Below are positions 29,601 to 37,940 of a DNA stretch of 46,367 nt, piece by piece (positions within the stretch are counted from its first letter, which is position 1; the number at the start of each line of letters is the position of its first letter). This stretch comes from Actinomycetota bacterium (GTDB lineage: Bacteria > Actinomycetota > Actinomycetes > Actinomycetales > Dermatophilaceae): contig JBDTYK010000001.1 in the NCBI GenBank assembly GCA_040005715.1, positions 1 to 46,367 on the forward strand, written 5' to 3'. A program made the position numbers and the translations under genes. Below the pieces are notes generated by a model that did not search any database, was not told the origin of the DNA, and saw only the letters and a list, made by a program, of their open reading frames with translations.

Positions 29601-32163
29601 CCTGGTGGGCCTGGTTGGCCACCTCACCCACGGGCGGGGCCTCGACCATCCACTGCTGCAGCAAGGTGGTGACGACGACCATGTCGGATGCCGCGCGCTG
29701 GGCCAGGAAGATCCGGAATACGGCTTCTTCCAGTGCCGGCGTGCGTTCGAGGTCGCTGACCTCGTAGTGGGTGAGAGCTCTGGCCAGGCGCCGACGGAAA
29801 GCGTCGGGCAGGTGCTCACGGTCAGCGTCCAGGCTGTGCAGATAGGCATGGAAGTGTTCGCGGGGGCTGTGCACCCGCTCGTCCACGGTCTCTTCCTCGG
29901 CCGGGCGGTTACGGGCGAGCTCGGCCAGGTCGGCGAATGCGCTGAACACCTCGATCTCACGGCTCAGCGGTAGCTCGCCGGTGACCACGAGCTCCGCGCG
30001 CGCCCTCTGGTAGCTCGCCAGGGTTCGCGCGACGTCCCCCGGGGCGAAGTCGAACCCGAGCAGGAGGCTGCGCAGGTCGTCCAGGCTACGAGCGCTGCGG
30101 TTCGCAGCCGTCGTCTCCGGAGGTGCCGGCAGGTCCAGGAGCTGGAGTGGGGATGCTTCTTCGACCGACCCCGCGGCGCTCTCATCTTCGGCCAGAGGCT
30201 CCAGCCGGATCACGGGGGTGCCTGTCTCGACCTGACCGCCGGTGCTGACCAGTACTTCGCGTACCCGTGCGGCGAACGGGGCATGCAGCACCGTCTCCAT
30301 CTTCATGGACTCAAGGACGAGCACCGGTGCACCCATCTCGACCAGGTCCCCAACGGCAACCGGTACTGCCACCACCAGCGCCGGCGCCGGCGAACGCATG
30401 ACCCCACCCTCATCGCGGCTGACGCGATGAGTTGTCGAGTTGACCTCGACCAGGTGAACAGGACCGTGAGTTGCGCTCACCAGCCGGAACCGCTGGTCCC
30501 CGATGACGAGGCGGCCGACGTAGTCGTCGAACTTCTCCAGGTCGGCATCGACCTGGCGGCTCTGTTGGTCCTCGGCAAAGCCGACCCGGAAGCGGGTCGG
30601 CCCGACCTGCGCGACAGTGACCCGGTGCGAGGCACCGCGCAGCTTCAGGTCGATGGCTCGCCCAACCTCGTGCCTGGCCTGCGGCCGGCCTCCGTGAGCC
30701 GTGGCGAGGAAGTGCAGCCGCTCCGCTTGCTCCTGCTCTTCGTAGGCCTCGATCGCGGCTGCTACCAGAGCGACTCCGGCGTACCTGGCGGGCTGCAACC
30801 GGCCCTGGCCACGGACTCGGTCGATCCAGCCGGTGTCGGCGCTTCCGTCGATGATCTCCGGCTGGTCGAGCAGGTCGAGCAGGAAGCTCTTGTTGGTCGT
30901 GCCGCCCTCGATCAGAACTGTCGTGTCTGCGAGGGCCCGCCTCAGCCGGGAGTATGCCTCCTCACGCGTGCGCCCGTAAGCGATCACCTTGGCGATCATC
31001 GAGTCGAAGTCGGCCGGAATCAGGTCACCCTGGCTCACGCCAGTGTCAACGCGGATCCCGGGGCCCGATGGCAGGTTGAGGAGAGCTATGCGGCCCGGAG
31101 AAGGCGCGAAGTCGCGGTCGGGGTCTTCGGCATTGAGGCGCGCCTCGACCGCATGCCCGGCCTCGATGGGACGCTCGCCCTCCAGACGGCCGCCTGAAGC
31201 GACGTGTAGCTGAGCCTTGACCAGGTCGAACCCCGTGGTCAGCTCGGTGATGGGGTGCTCGACCTGGAGTCGGGTGTTCACCTCGAGGAAGGCAAAGCTG
31301 CGCTCTCCAGGGTGGTACAGGAACTCGACGGTTGCCGCACCGCAGTAGTCCACGGCCAGGGCCAGTCGCTCGGCTGATGCCTTGAGGTCGCGCACCTGCT
31401 CGTCGTCCAGCAGCGGGGACGCGGACTCCTCGATGACTTTCTGGTTTCGCCGCTGAACCGAGCAGTCGCGCACGCCCAGCGCCCACGCCGTCCCCCGGCC
31501 ATCGGCGATGATCTGCACCTCGATGTGTCGCGCGCCCGTGACGAGGCGCTCGAGGAAGACCACGCCGCTGCCGAAGGCCCGCTGTGCCTCATCTCGGGTC
31601 CGGTCGAAGGCGTCGGTCAGATCCTCATCGGAGGTGACCATGCGTATGCCGCGCCCGCCACCGCCCGCGGTTGCCTTGAGCATCAACGGGTACCCGATCG
31701 AGGTGGCGGCGCTGTGAGCCGCCGGGAGGTCGTCGACCGCGCCGCGGCTCCATGGTGCGACCGGCACGCCGACCTCTTCGGCGAGCAGCTTGGAGCCGAT
31801 CTTGTCGCCGAGGCGACGCATGGCGCTCGCGCTCGGGCCGATGAAGGTCACACCGATCCGGTCGCACATCTCCGCGAAGTTCGGGTCCTCGGCGACGAAA
31901 CCCCAGCCGACCCATGCGGCGTCCGAGCCGGTGCTTTTCAGCGCCTGTTCGAGAACCGCGAGATCGAGGTAGGGGCGATCTGCCGCAGGTCCCAGGTTGT
32001 ACGCGGCGTCTGCCTCTCGTACGAACATGGCTGATCTCTCGCCATCCGTGTGCAACGCGACGGTTTCGATCTGGGTCCCGCCCTGCGCGTTGAGCTCGCG
32101 GACGGCGTGGATCAGCCGCATCGCGGCCTCTCCCCGGTTGACGATCGCGATGCGGCTGATCAT
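26665..32163 (-). CDS. single-chain multidomain biotin-dependent acyl-CoA carboxylase (BC - BCCP - central region - carboxyltransferase)
   Basis: Uses the ATG at 32163 (MISRIAIVNRGEAAMRL) with GGGAG upstream. The ORF is open to 32265. ATP-grasp loop GGGGRGIRMV, biotinylation motif LESMKMET, C-terminal CT N- and C-subdomains, and eukaryote-ACC-like segments (MNHVFLHIWP, RRRGTVYPYE). Confidence 0.88.
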   Translation of the reverse strand: MISRIAIVNRGEAAMRLIHAVRELNAQGGTQIETVALHTDGERSAMFVREADAAYNLGPAADRPYLDLAVLEQALKSTGSDAAWVGWGFVAEDPNFAEMCDRIGVTFIGPSASAMRRLGDKIGSKLLAEEVGVPVAPWSRGAVDDLPAAHSAATSIGYPLMLKATAGGGGRGIRMVTSDEDLTDAFDRTRDEAQRAFGSGVVFLERLVTGARHIEVQIIADGRGTAWALGVRDCSVQRRNQKVIEESASPLLDDEQVRDLKASAERLALAVDYCGAATVEFLYHPGERSFAFLEVNTRLQVEHPITELTTGFDLVKAQLHVASGGRLEGERPIEAGHAVEARLNAEDPDRDFAPSPGRIALLNLPSGPGIRVDTGVSQGDLIPADFDSMIAKVIAYGRTREEAYSRLRRALADTTVLIEGGTTNKSFLLDLLDQPEIIDGSADTGWIDRVRGQGRLQPARYAGVALVAAAIEAYEEQEQAERLHFLATAHGGRPQARHEVGRAIDLKLRGASHRVTVAQVGPTRFRVGFAEDQQSRQVDADLEKFDDYVGRLVIGDQRFRLVSATHGPVHLVEVNSTTHRVSRDEGGVMRSPAPALVVAVPVAVGDLVEMGAPVLVLESMKMETVLHAPFAARVREVLVSTGGQVETGTPVIRLEPLAEDESAAGSVEEASPLQLLDLPAPPETTAANRSARSLDDLRSLLLGFDFAPGDVARTLASYQRARAELVVTGELPLSREIEVFSAFADLAELARNRPAEEETVDERVHSPREHFHAYLHSLDADREHLPDAFRRRLARALTHYEVSDLERTPALEEAVFRIFLAQRAASDMVVVTTLLQQWMVEAPPVGEVANQAHQVLDRLVRATQLRYPLVGDLARSARFRWFDQPVVDAERHAVLAGVGAELTYLSGHPDSADYGTRLDVLAAIPEQIVRFLAKRIEGDLPEREPMLEVLVRRHYRGHELHDLRQLIAARRPFVVADYTLDERPRHLVTTIAKWSELDPGSELVAAIGTQLAAGPADHNEVVLDLYLSWSSAPDSVTETSDALQKVLRTLPFAAQVRRTAVAVCPGGDRPVSYFTFRPGPEGVVEDNLVRGMHPMVGRRLNLWRLRDFDITRLDAPEDVLLYHCVAPGNAADQRLVALAQIRELAIVRDAEGHVTSLPHAERAVASCLEAIRRERGARGAAGAKLDMNHVFLHIWPVIAAPLDELTALQRTIAPLTSGAGVEEVLAQGRIAAPDGRVHDAAVRFSYQPGAGVVTAVTGPPTDRLRPLDDYAQKVLRSRRRGTVYPYELVRLISGPYGSFVEHDLDDAGVLVPVQRPAGGNRAGLVVGVAQTLTVRHPEGVTRVVLLGDPTRALGAVAEAECARVIAALDLAQQLGVPLEWFALSAGARISMDSGTENMDWVAKALRRIVTFTQEGGEINIVVAGINVGAQPYWNAEATMLMHAKGILVMTPDSAMVLTGKQSLDFSGGVSAEDNFGIGGYDRVMGPNGQAQYWAPDLAGACEVLLAHYDHTYVVPGEVGPRRAATSDPLDRDVCLYPHHVADSEFRTVGEIFSLITNPDRKKPFDIRTLMHAVADQDHEVLERWAGMAGGETSVIFDAHLGGWPVSLIGIESRPQPRPGFPPSDGPDTWTAGTLFPGSSKKTARAINAASGNRPVVVLANLSGFDGSPDSMRHLQLEYGAEIGRAIVNFAGPIVFCVVSRYHGGAFVVFSKALNASMTVLAVEGSFASVIGGAPAAAVVFAGEVDSRTSSDVRVADLEAQVSSAVGAQRASLVTDLTQLRSSIRSEKLGEVAAEFDGIHSIERAVKVGSVDAVIRAAELRPQLIAAIDHGAM

Positions 32164-32332
32164 GCGAGAGGACTCCCTATACTCGGCGGACAACCTGACC
32201 CTAGTTGCTACGTCACCGGCCCGCAGGTGTGGTCGGTCACGGTTCGACGCCCGACCTCTTGACATGCCAAGCGAGTGATTTCAGCGCTTCCTGCCGTCGA
32301 ACTGCACACCCGAAGCCCGCTGGCGGGTGACA

Positions 32333-32369
32333 GCCATTGGCCACCCAGCACAGGCTGGGGGCCAATGGC
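32333..32369 (-). terminator. strong hairpin 23 nt downstream of the KAS III stop (terminator or attenuator candidate)
   Basis: gccattggcc-a-cccagc / acag / gctggg-ggccaatggc: 16 bp with a one-nt bulge and a 4-nt loop. No U-tract. Confidence 0.4.
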
Positions 32370-32391
32370 GCGAGCGGCGCTCCTGGCGGGA

Positions 32392-34347
32392 CTACCCGAA
32401 CGCCAGCTGAACGTCGTCGGCTGAGGGCTTGGGCAACGGGGCCCTGCTGGCGGAGGTGGAGTCGGCGCTCCCTGCGCCTTCCTCGCCCTCGATCGCCACG
32501 ACCGCCGGATCGATGCGCATCACGCAGTATCCGGCCACAGCACCGGCACCGAAGCCCGGCGCGAAGATCCGCGTGGGCTCCTTGATGACGCCATCGCGAA
32601 CTGCGTCGTGGATGGCCAGCGGGATGCTAGCCGCGGACGCGTTGCCCACCGACTCGATGTTGAAGTAGAGGCTGTCAGTGGTCAGTCCGGCCGCCAGGGC
32701 GAGGTTGGTCACCATCGGTTTGTTTGCCTGGTGAGGGACGATGAGGTCGATGCTCGCGAGGAGCGAGTCCTTTACCCCATCGGGGTCCGGGAGGACCTTG
32801 AGCTCACCGATCATCTGCTCGAGGTAGCGACCGGCCAGTGCCTTGACATCCGGGCCGTACACCGTGATGTTGTTGTCGAACTCGGGGTTGGGCCAGATGA
32901 TCGAGTTCACCTGCGCAGCCGGCCCGCTGGCATAGGTCTGCATGAACTCGATGTCGGGAGGCTCGCCCTCAGGAGCCACCCCGATCACGAAGGCCGCTGC
33001 TCCGTCGCCGAAGATCATGCGGGACGGTCGTACGTTGCCGATCTTGTCCGAGAACTTCTCGACGCAGACCACGAGCACCGGGCGCTGGACCTCCTGGAGG
33101 ATCCGGATCGCATCGGAAAGCCCGTACGACATCCCCGCACACGCAGCGATGATGTCGCAGGATGCGTGGGTCTGGAAGATTCCCAGCTGTCCGGAGATCC
33201 AGGTGGCAACCGAGGGAATGATCCGGGTGCTGGTGCAGGTGCAGACCAGTACCGCACCAATGTCCTCGGGTCCACGGCCCGAATGAGCAAGCGCAGACTG
33301 CGCGGCTTCCAAGGCGATCTCCTCCATGCTCCTGGAGGTGTAACACCGTTGCTGGATGCCGGTCTTGTCAAAGATCTCTTCGGCGGTCATCGGCGACCAG
33401 TTGTATGCCGCATTGCGGATTAGGTCGTCGTTGCTGCAGATGACCTCGCCGTGGACCACGGCCAGCGCCTCGATCTTGGGCATCACCGAGAACTGGTGAC
33501 GGACGTTCACTGCTGGGTATGGGCGGACCGGCGCGCTCGCCTCCTTGGCCTTGGAGCCGGACGCCGGCACCACCTTGGCTTCCAGGCGCCGCAGGAACTG
33601 CCGCACCTCCTGGTCACGCGGGTGAAGCACGATCACATAGTCGTCGTCCCGGAGCTCGCCGACCTCGACCAGCTCAGCCTTGGACCGGTCCCATGGATAC
33701 AGGTTGTGCAGGACCATGGCCCAGCGGCTCAGCGCCTCAAGCTCAGGAACCTCCTCGGCGCAGTCCATGATCTCGGCGAAGTCGTAGACGGGGTAGTCCG
33801 GGTCATAGCCGGGCAGGCGAAATGTCAGGTTGGTCGGGTCGGAGAGGATGTCGGCCACGGTTGGCTTGATCGTCGGCAGGTCGGTGGCATGGTGCCTGCG
33901 GTGCCCGAACACGTCGATGAGGGTCTTGTAGATCCGGTCCTCCACCTCGCGGTTCCAGGTCGTCGGCAGCGTCTCGTAGGCACCCTGTACCGCGGCAATC
34001 TTGCGGTCGCCATCCAGCCAGGGGATCACGACTGGCATGTAGACATCGCTGCGGGTGCGGGGTACGTCTGCCCAGCGGGTTGGTCGCTTCTCGTACAGCG
34101 TCGTGGCAAACCGGCTCGTCCAGAACAGGTTCAGGGCAACGTCACGCAGCAACCCGTACCTGCTGGAGTACTTGCCCTCCTCGACGCGGTGAAGGATGTC
34201 GGTGCCTGTCGGCGCCTTCACCTCGAAGTCGCGTCTGATCACGCTGTCCAGTTGTTCAAGTGAGTCAATGACGGACAGGTCCAGCTGCGGGATGAAGTTG
34301 GAGGGAAAAACAATGCGCTCATGACGATTGACAACGAATGGTTGCAT
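32392..34347 (-). CDS. FabH-like 3-oxoacyl synthase III (KAS III) fused to an unrecognised N-terminal domain of about 290 aa
   Basis: 651 aa. The C-terminal half has the KAS III triad context (AACAGMSYG Cys, VPHQAN His, VGNASAASIP Asn). I do not recognise residues 1-290. Confidence 0.85.
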   Translation of the reverse strand: MQPFVVNRHERIVFPSNFIPQLDLSVIDSLEQLDSVIRRDFEVKAPTGTDILHRVEEGKYSSRYGLLRDVALNLFWTSRFATTLYEKRPTRWADVPRTRSDVYMPVVIPWLDGDRKIAAVQGAYETLPTTWNREVEDRIYKTLIDVFGHRRHHATDLPTIKPTVADILSDPTNLTFRLPGYDPDYPVYDFAEIMDCAEEVPELEALSRWAMVLHNLYPWDRSKAELVEVGELRDDDYVIVLHPRDQEVRQFLRRLEAKVVPASGSKAKEASAPVRPYPAVNVRHQFSVMPKIEALAVVHGEVICSNDDLIRNAAYNWSPMTAEEIFDKTGIQQRCYTSRSMEEIALEAAQSALAHSGRGPEDIGAVLVCTCTSTRIIPSVATWISGQLGIFQTHASCDIIAACAGMSYGLSDAIRILQEVQRPVLVVCVEKFSDKIGNVRPSRMIFGDGAAAFVIGVAPEGEPPDIEFMQTYASGPAAQVNSIIWPNPEFDNNITVYGPDVKALAGRYLEQMIGELKVLPDPDGVKDSLLASIDLIVPHQANKPMVTNLALAAGLTTDSLYFNIESVGNASAASIPLAIHDAVRDGVIKEPTRIFAPGFGAGAVAGYCVMRIDPAVVAIEGEEGAGSADSTSASRAPLPKPSADDVQLAFG

Positions 34348-34523
34348 GGCAACTTCCTTCAGCAGGCTGATCGCTATTCACGGGCCGTCCCCCACACCGT
34401 CGAGCACTGATGACGGCGCGTGTGTGATCGAAGACTACGCCCGGGCCGTCATCAATGGTCAAGGACAAACCTGCCAATTTGCCCTAGGGCCAGGGGGCGG
34501 ACCACCTGGCCGACGACGAGACC

Positions 34524-34871
34524 TCAGCCTTGCTGGGCCAGGCCAAGGACCTGACCGGCCGGATCAGCAATCAGGGCGAACGCCACTCCTGGGACGCGGG
34601 TCGGCTCCTGAACGAGGCTGCCACCAAGTCGCGTCGCGTCGGCGATCGTCTTGTCGATGTCCTCGACGCCGACAAAGAACGTCACCAGGGGGCTGCCGCC
34701 CTGAAGCGGACCGATGCCAGCGGGGAGCGCGCCTGGCACCCCGCTGTCCACGTAGGTGTAACCATGGAAGGCCCCTGGCGGAAACGTCCACCCGAACAGC
34801 GAGCCGAAGAACGTGCGCGTCGCGTCCGGATCCGTGGAACGGATCTCGGCATGGACAATGGGACTGGACAT
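34524..34871 (-). CDS. VOC (glyoxalase/bleomycin-resistance fold) family protein
   Basis: Uses the internal ATG (MSSPIVHAEIRSTD) of ORF 34524..35216, with GGGAGG upstream. 115 aa with the typical single VOC module. Confidence 0.8.
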   Translation of the reverse strand: MSSPIVHAEIRSTDPDATRTFFGSLFGWTFPPGAFHGYTYVDSGVPGALPAGIGPLQGGSPLVTFFVGVEDIDKTIADATRLGGSLVQEPTRVPGVAFALIADPAGQVLGLAQQG

Positions 34872-35058
34872 GCTGACCTCCCGTTGTTCGCGAGGCCCCT
34901 CGGCCCCGTCTAACTGCAACGACGAACGGCCGGCGCCCAGATCGACAAGGGCGGCGCTGCCCCACCAGGGGTACAACGCAGAACACCTGGTATTCCGTGA
35001 CCTCGTCATGATCGCGGTCCGGCAAACCAGGTGTTGAACGGCAGCGCCTGCCTTGGCG

Positions 35059-35307
35059 TCACACTTTGAGCGGAACGGGATGAATCTCGTCGTACGGGTG
35101 GCCGGCCCTCTCGTGAATGCGCTGAATGGCTTCCGCCGAGCCGGCCTCGGACAGGCAGTAGACGTTCCCACTCTCGGGGTCGGCCCATGCCTGTTTGAAC
35201 ACGACGTTCTCCTCACCTTGAATCGCGAGGTCCGCGTCGTGAGCCTCTTTCAGTCCCTCGGCAGTGATGCCGACCATCCCATGATGAACGTCCATAAACT
35301 CAGGCAT
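35059..35307 (-). CDS. DUF4242 / SCO4226-like small nickel-binding protein
   Basis: Uses the internal ATG (MPEFMDVHHGM) of ORF 35059..35445, with AAGGAG upstream. 82 aa with family-typical FMDVH...CLSEA...HERAGHPYDEI. Confidence 0.8.
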   Translation of the reverse strand: MPEFMDVHHGMVGITAEGLKEAHDADLAIQGEENVVFKQAWADPESGNVYCLSEAGSAEAIQRIHERAGHPYDEIHPVPLKV

Positions 35308-35460
35308 CCTGCTCAACTCCTTGATCAGCCGGGTGGGAGGCAGGTTACGACGGCCAGGGGGGCTGGGCAACCGGCAAACGGCGTACCTCCTGTTCCCGAT
35401 GCCTTCGCACGACGGGCCGGCCGATCCCGTGGAATCCCCGCTCACCGCGCCCGAGGTTGG

Positions 35461-37197
35461 TCAGCTGCTGACCGCCGCGAGGTGGGCTTTGGACGCCGCA
35501 AGAAGGTTCGCGTACAGCTGCAGGACGTCGGGTGCGGTCACGTCGGTCGTCGCCGCCGTCAGGTCGGTGATGCTGGTCGACTCGGCGATGGCCGCTGCCT
35601 TGAGGGCCGCGTCCACGCTGGCCCCACCCGAGGCCAGGAGCGTGTCATAGAGCTGCTGTGTGCCCGCGCTTGCGAAGGTGCCGGCCGGTTGTGTCACGGT
35701 CGGATCGGCGACCGAATACACCTTCAGCACGCTGCGTGTGTCGGCCAGCTGCCATGCCTCGTCGTTGTTCATGCAGGTGAACACCGATGCCTTGTAGCGG
35801 TCGGCGAAGGCGAGGAAGAGGTCGTGCACCAGCTGCTGCTGCTCGACGATGGTAGCCAGCGAGGTCTGTTGGGCGACGGTCAGCGTGCCGTTTGGTGCGT
35901 CGGTCGGCGGTGGTGGTATCGGCGTGCAGGCCGATGTGGGCGTGGGTGAGGGCGTGGTCTCGGTTGGCGTGGGTGGGGGTGTGGGGTCGGTGGCAGTCGG
36001 TGTGGGTGTGGGGTCGATTGCAGTCGGTGTGGGTGTGGGGTCCGAGGCGGTCGGGGCGGGCGTCTGGTCCGAGGGAATCGGGGAGGGTGCGGGGTCGGTG
36101 GCGGTCGGCGTGGGGGTCGGGTCCGAGGGAATCGGGGCGGGCGCGCCTTCAGCTAGCGTCGGGGGAAGGCCCGGTGCTGCTGGTACCTGACTCGGTCTGC
36201 CGGGACCAGGTGGCGTCTGGGCCGGTGATGCCGGCCGCTGGACGGTCGGATGGATCGCTGGCGGTACGCCTGGGTCCACCGGCGGAAGTGAAGTGTGAAG
36301 CAGCGCCAAGACGGGGGACGGCTCGGTGATCACCGGTGTCCCGGCGTAGGTCGCTTCCAGGGCCAGGACCTCGGCGACATAGCTGTTGGAGTGGTTGTAG
36401 GCAAGGACTGCTCGCACCTTCCCGGCCCGGGTGCCGAGGTTGGTACCGGCTTTGCAGAGGTACTTTCCTGCCGCCGCGGCGGCATCGAAGATGTTGAACG
36501 GGTCGGCGACACCGTCGCCGTTTCCGTCTGTCGCGTAGAAGGCCCATGTGGAGGGAATGAACTGCATCGGTCCCACAGCGCGGTCGAAGACGGGATCTCC
36601 ATCGAGCACGCCGTTGTCGGTGTCAAGGATCAGACCCGTGCCGATGCCGTTCAGCGGTACGCCGATGACGCGCGGGGTGGAGAGACCATTGGCCTGGAGT
36701 ACCGAACTTGCGAAGCGACCGTGATCGGACTCAACCCGTCCGATCGCGGCCAGCAAGGTCCAGGGGAGGGCGCAGCCAGCAGTCCGCTGGTTGACGAGAT
36801 CCGCGGCGTGGCGGTAAGCCGTCATCGCCACCGTGGGGATCCCGTCGCTGGCCAGCGCGGATGCGACCGGGGTTTGAGCCGCGGAGGGACTTTCGTTGCT
36901 GGTCGTAACAACACTCAGCGCAGATGTCGTCGCCGCCGACCCGCCGCTGTGCGAGATGGAGGGATCTTGTCGTGGAAGGGGGTCGGGAACGACAGTTTCG
37001 CCTGGGCCGACGACTGAGGAACTGGCGCGTTCAGCCATGAGCATCGCTCCTGGTGATGCGGACCCCGGCGCCGTGGCCACCGCGAGCAGTGAGGACAGCA
37101 GAACCACAGTGAAGGTCAACGGGCGCGGCGAACGCCAGCGCCGACGTCGATCTTTCGTGGGTGTTGCGACGCCTTCTTCACGGCTCGTTCTGAACAT
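35461..37197 (-). CDS. secreted lytic transglycosylase - Pro/Thr linker - DUF2202-like (ferritin-like fold) fusion protein
   Basis: Uses the internal ATG at 37197 (MFRTSREEG) of ORF 35461..37512. Signal/TM LTFTVVLLSSLLAVATAPGSA; LT block AIGRVESDHGRF...GPMQFIPSTW...GDGVADPFNIFDAAAAAGKYLC; PT-rich linker; the C-terminal 150 aa follow the DUF2202 pattern. Confidence 0.8.
   Translation of the reverse strand: MFRTSREEGVATPTKDRRRRWRSPRPLTFTVVLLSSLLAVATAPGSASPGAMLMAERASSSVVGPGETVVPDPLPRQDPSISHSGGSAATTSALSVVTTSNESPSAAQTPVASALASDGIPTVAMTAYRHAADLVNQRTAGCALPWTLLAAIGRVESDHGRFASSVLQANGLSTPRVIGVPLNGIGTGLILDTDNGVLDGDPVFDRAVGPMQFIPSTWAFYATDGNGDGVADPFNIFDAAAAAGKYLCKAGTNLGTRAGKVRAVLAYNHSNSYVAEVLALEATYAGTPVITEPSPVLALLHTSLPPVDPGVPPAIHPTVQRPASPAQTPPGPGRPSQVPAAPGLPPTLAEGAPAPIPSDPTPTPTATDPAPSPIPSDQTPAPTASDPTPTPTAIDPTPTPTATDPTPPPTPTETTPSPTPTSACTPIPPPPTDAPNGTLTVAQQTSLATIVEQQQLVHDLFLAFADRYKASVFTCMNNDEAWQLADTRSVLKVYSVADPTVTQPAGTFASAGTQQLYDTLLASGGASVDAALKAAAIAESTSITDLTAATTDVTAPDVLQLYANLLAASKAHLAAVSS
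35966..36073. repeat. imperfect 27-bp tandem repeats inside the coding Pro/Thr linker
   Basis: Two near-identical units, gcagtcggtgtgggtgtggggtcgatt (35993-36019) and gcagtcggtgtgggtgtggggtccgag (36020-36046), with diverged flanking units. They encode DPTPTPTA(I/T) nonapeptides on the minus strand. Confidence 0.75.
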
Positions 37198-37940
37198 CAG
37201 TGACTCACCCGCATCCTTTCCTCCGACGGCATGACGTGACCGGGCTCGGTTGAGATGCCCGGTCTGCGTCGGCGACGTACCTCCATCGCAATGGAAGCGG
37301 TCGCGAACGTCAAGAGGGCGACCGTGAGCGCGATATCGTCCGGCACCCGTCCCCAGGGTCGATCGCTGATCAGGGGTTGTCGTGCAACGCCCGGACTGTT
37401 CGCGATCGTCGTGCTCGTGTGCCATACCGTGGCTGCGTGGCCAGCCCGCTGAACGGTTATCGTCATTTCCCATCTGCCCGCGGCGGTGAGATCCACTCCG
37501 CCCAGCTCCCACCGGCCGTCGATCTCGGTCCGGGCCAGTGACCTGGTCGCACCTACGCGCGCGTCCGGTCCGACAAGCGACGCAGTAACGCCCGTGACGG
37601 GCGCCGTGGCTGGTCGCCGGGTCTGATTCACGTCGACACGAAGCCAGCTCTGTTCAACAGTGTTGGGCGCGAGAGCAGCGGATTCGAGCAGGTCACCGAG
37701 CTGTGCCGACACGACCGACGGCTTAATGGTTGCCGAAGGCAGGAACGCCGGCCCGCGCGCAGGCGTGCCGACGCTCAACGCACCAGCGTCGGCCAGAGCC
37801 AGCACGAGCGGGTTACCCGGGGGTTTGCCCTTGACTGCATGGCGGGACGTCGCCCGCAGGCCCACGACGGCGGAGGCGTGGCGCAATGAGGTCGTGCGCC
37901 GGGTTCCATCGCGCACTGGGCTCGATCGCCCCTGCTTCAT
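37197..37940 (-). CDS. hypothetical protein with a C-terminal TM anchor; 5' end uncertain, possibly a remnant
   Basis: The stop overlaps the LT start (TGATG). Only the C-terminal ~170 aa look protein-like (beta-rich, ...GRWELGGVDLTAAGRWEMTITVQRAG..., then the TM segment IALTVALLTFATASIAM). The N-terminal ~100 codons of ORF 37197..38108 are Arg-rich and unconvincing. Confidence 0.4.
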   Translation of the reverse strand: MKQGRSSPVRDGTRRTTSLRHASAVVGLRATSRHAVKGKPPGNPLVLALADAGALSVGTPARGPAFLPSATIKPSVVSAQLGDLLESAALAPNTVEQSWLRVDVNQTRRPATAPVTGVTASLVGPDARVGATRSLARTEIDGRWELGGVDLTAAGRWEMTITVQRAGHAATVWHTSTTIANSPGVARQPLISDRPWGRVPDDIALTVALLTFATASIAMEVRRRRRPGISTEPGHVMPSEERMRVSH

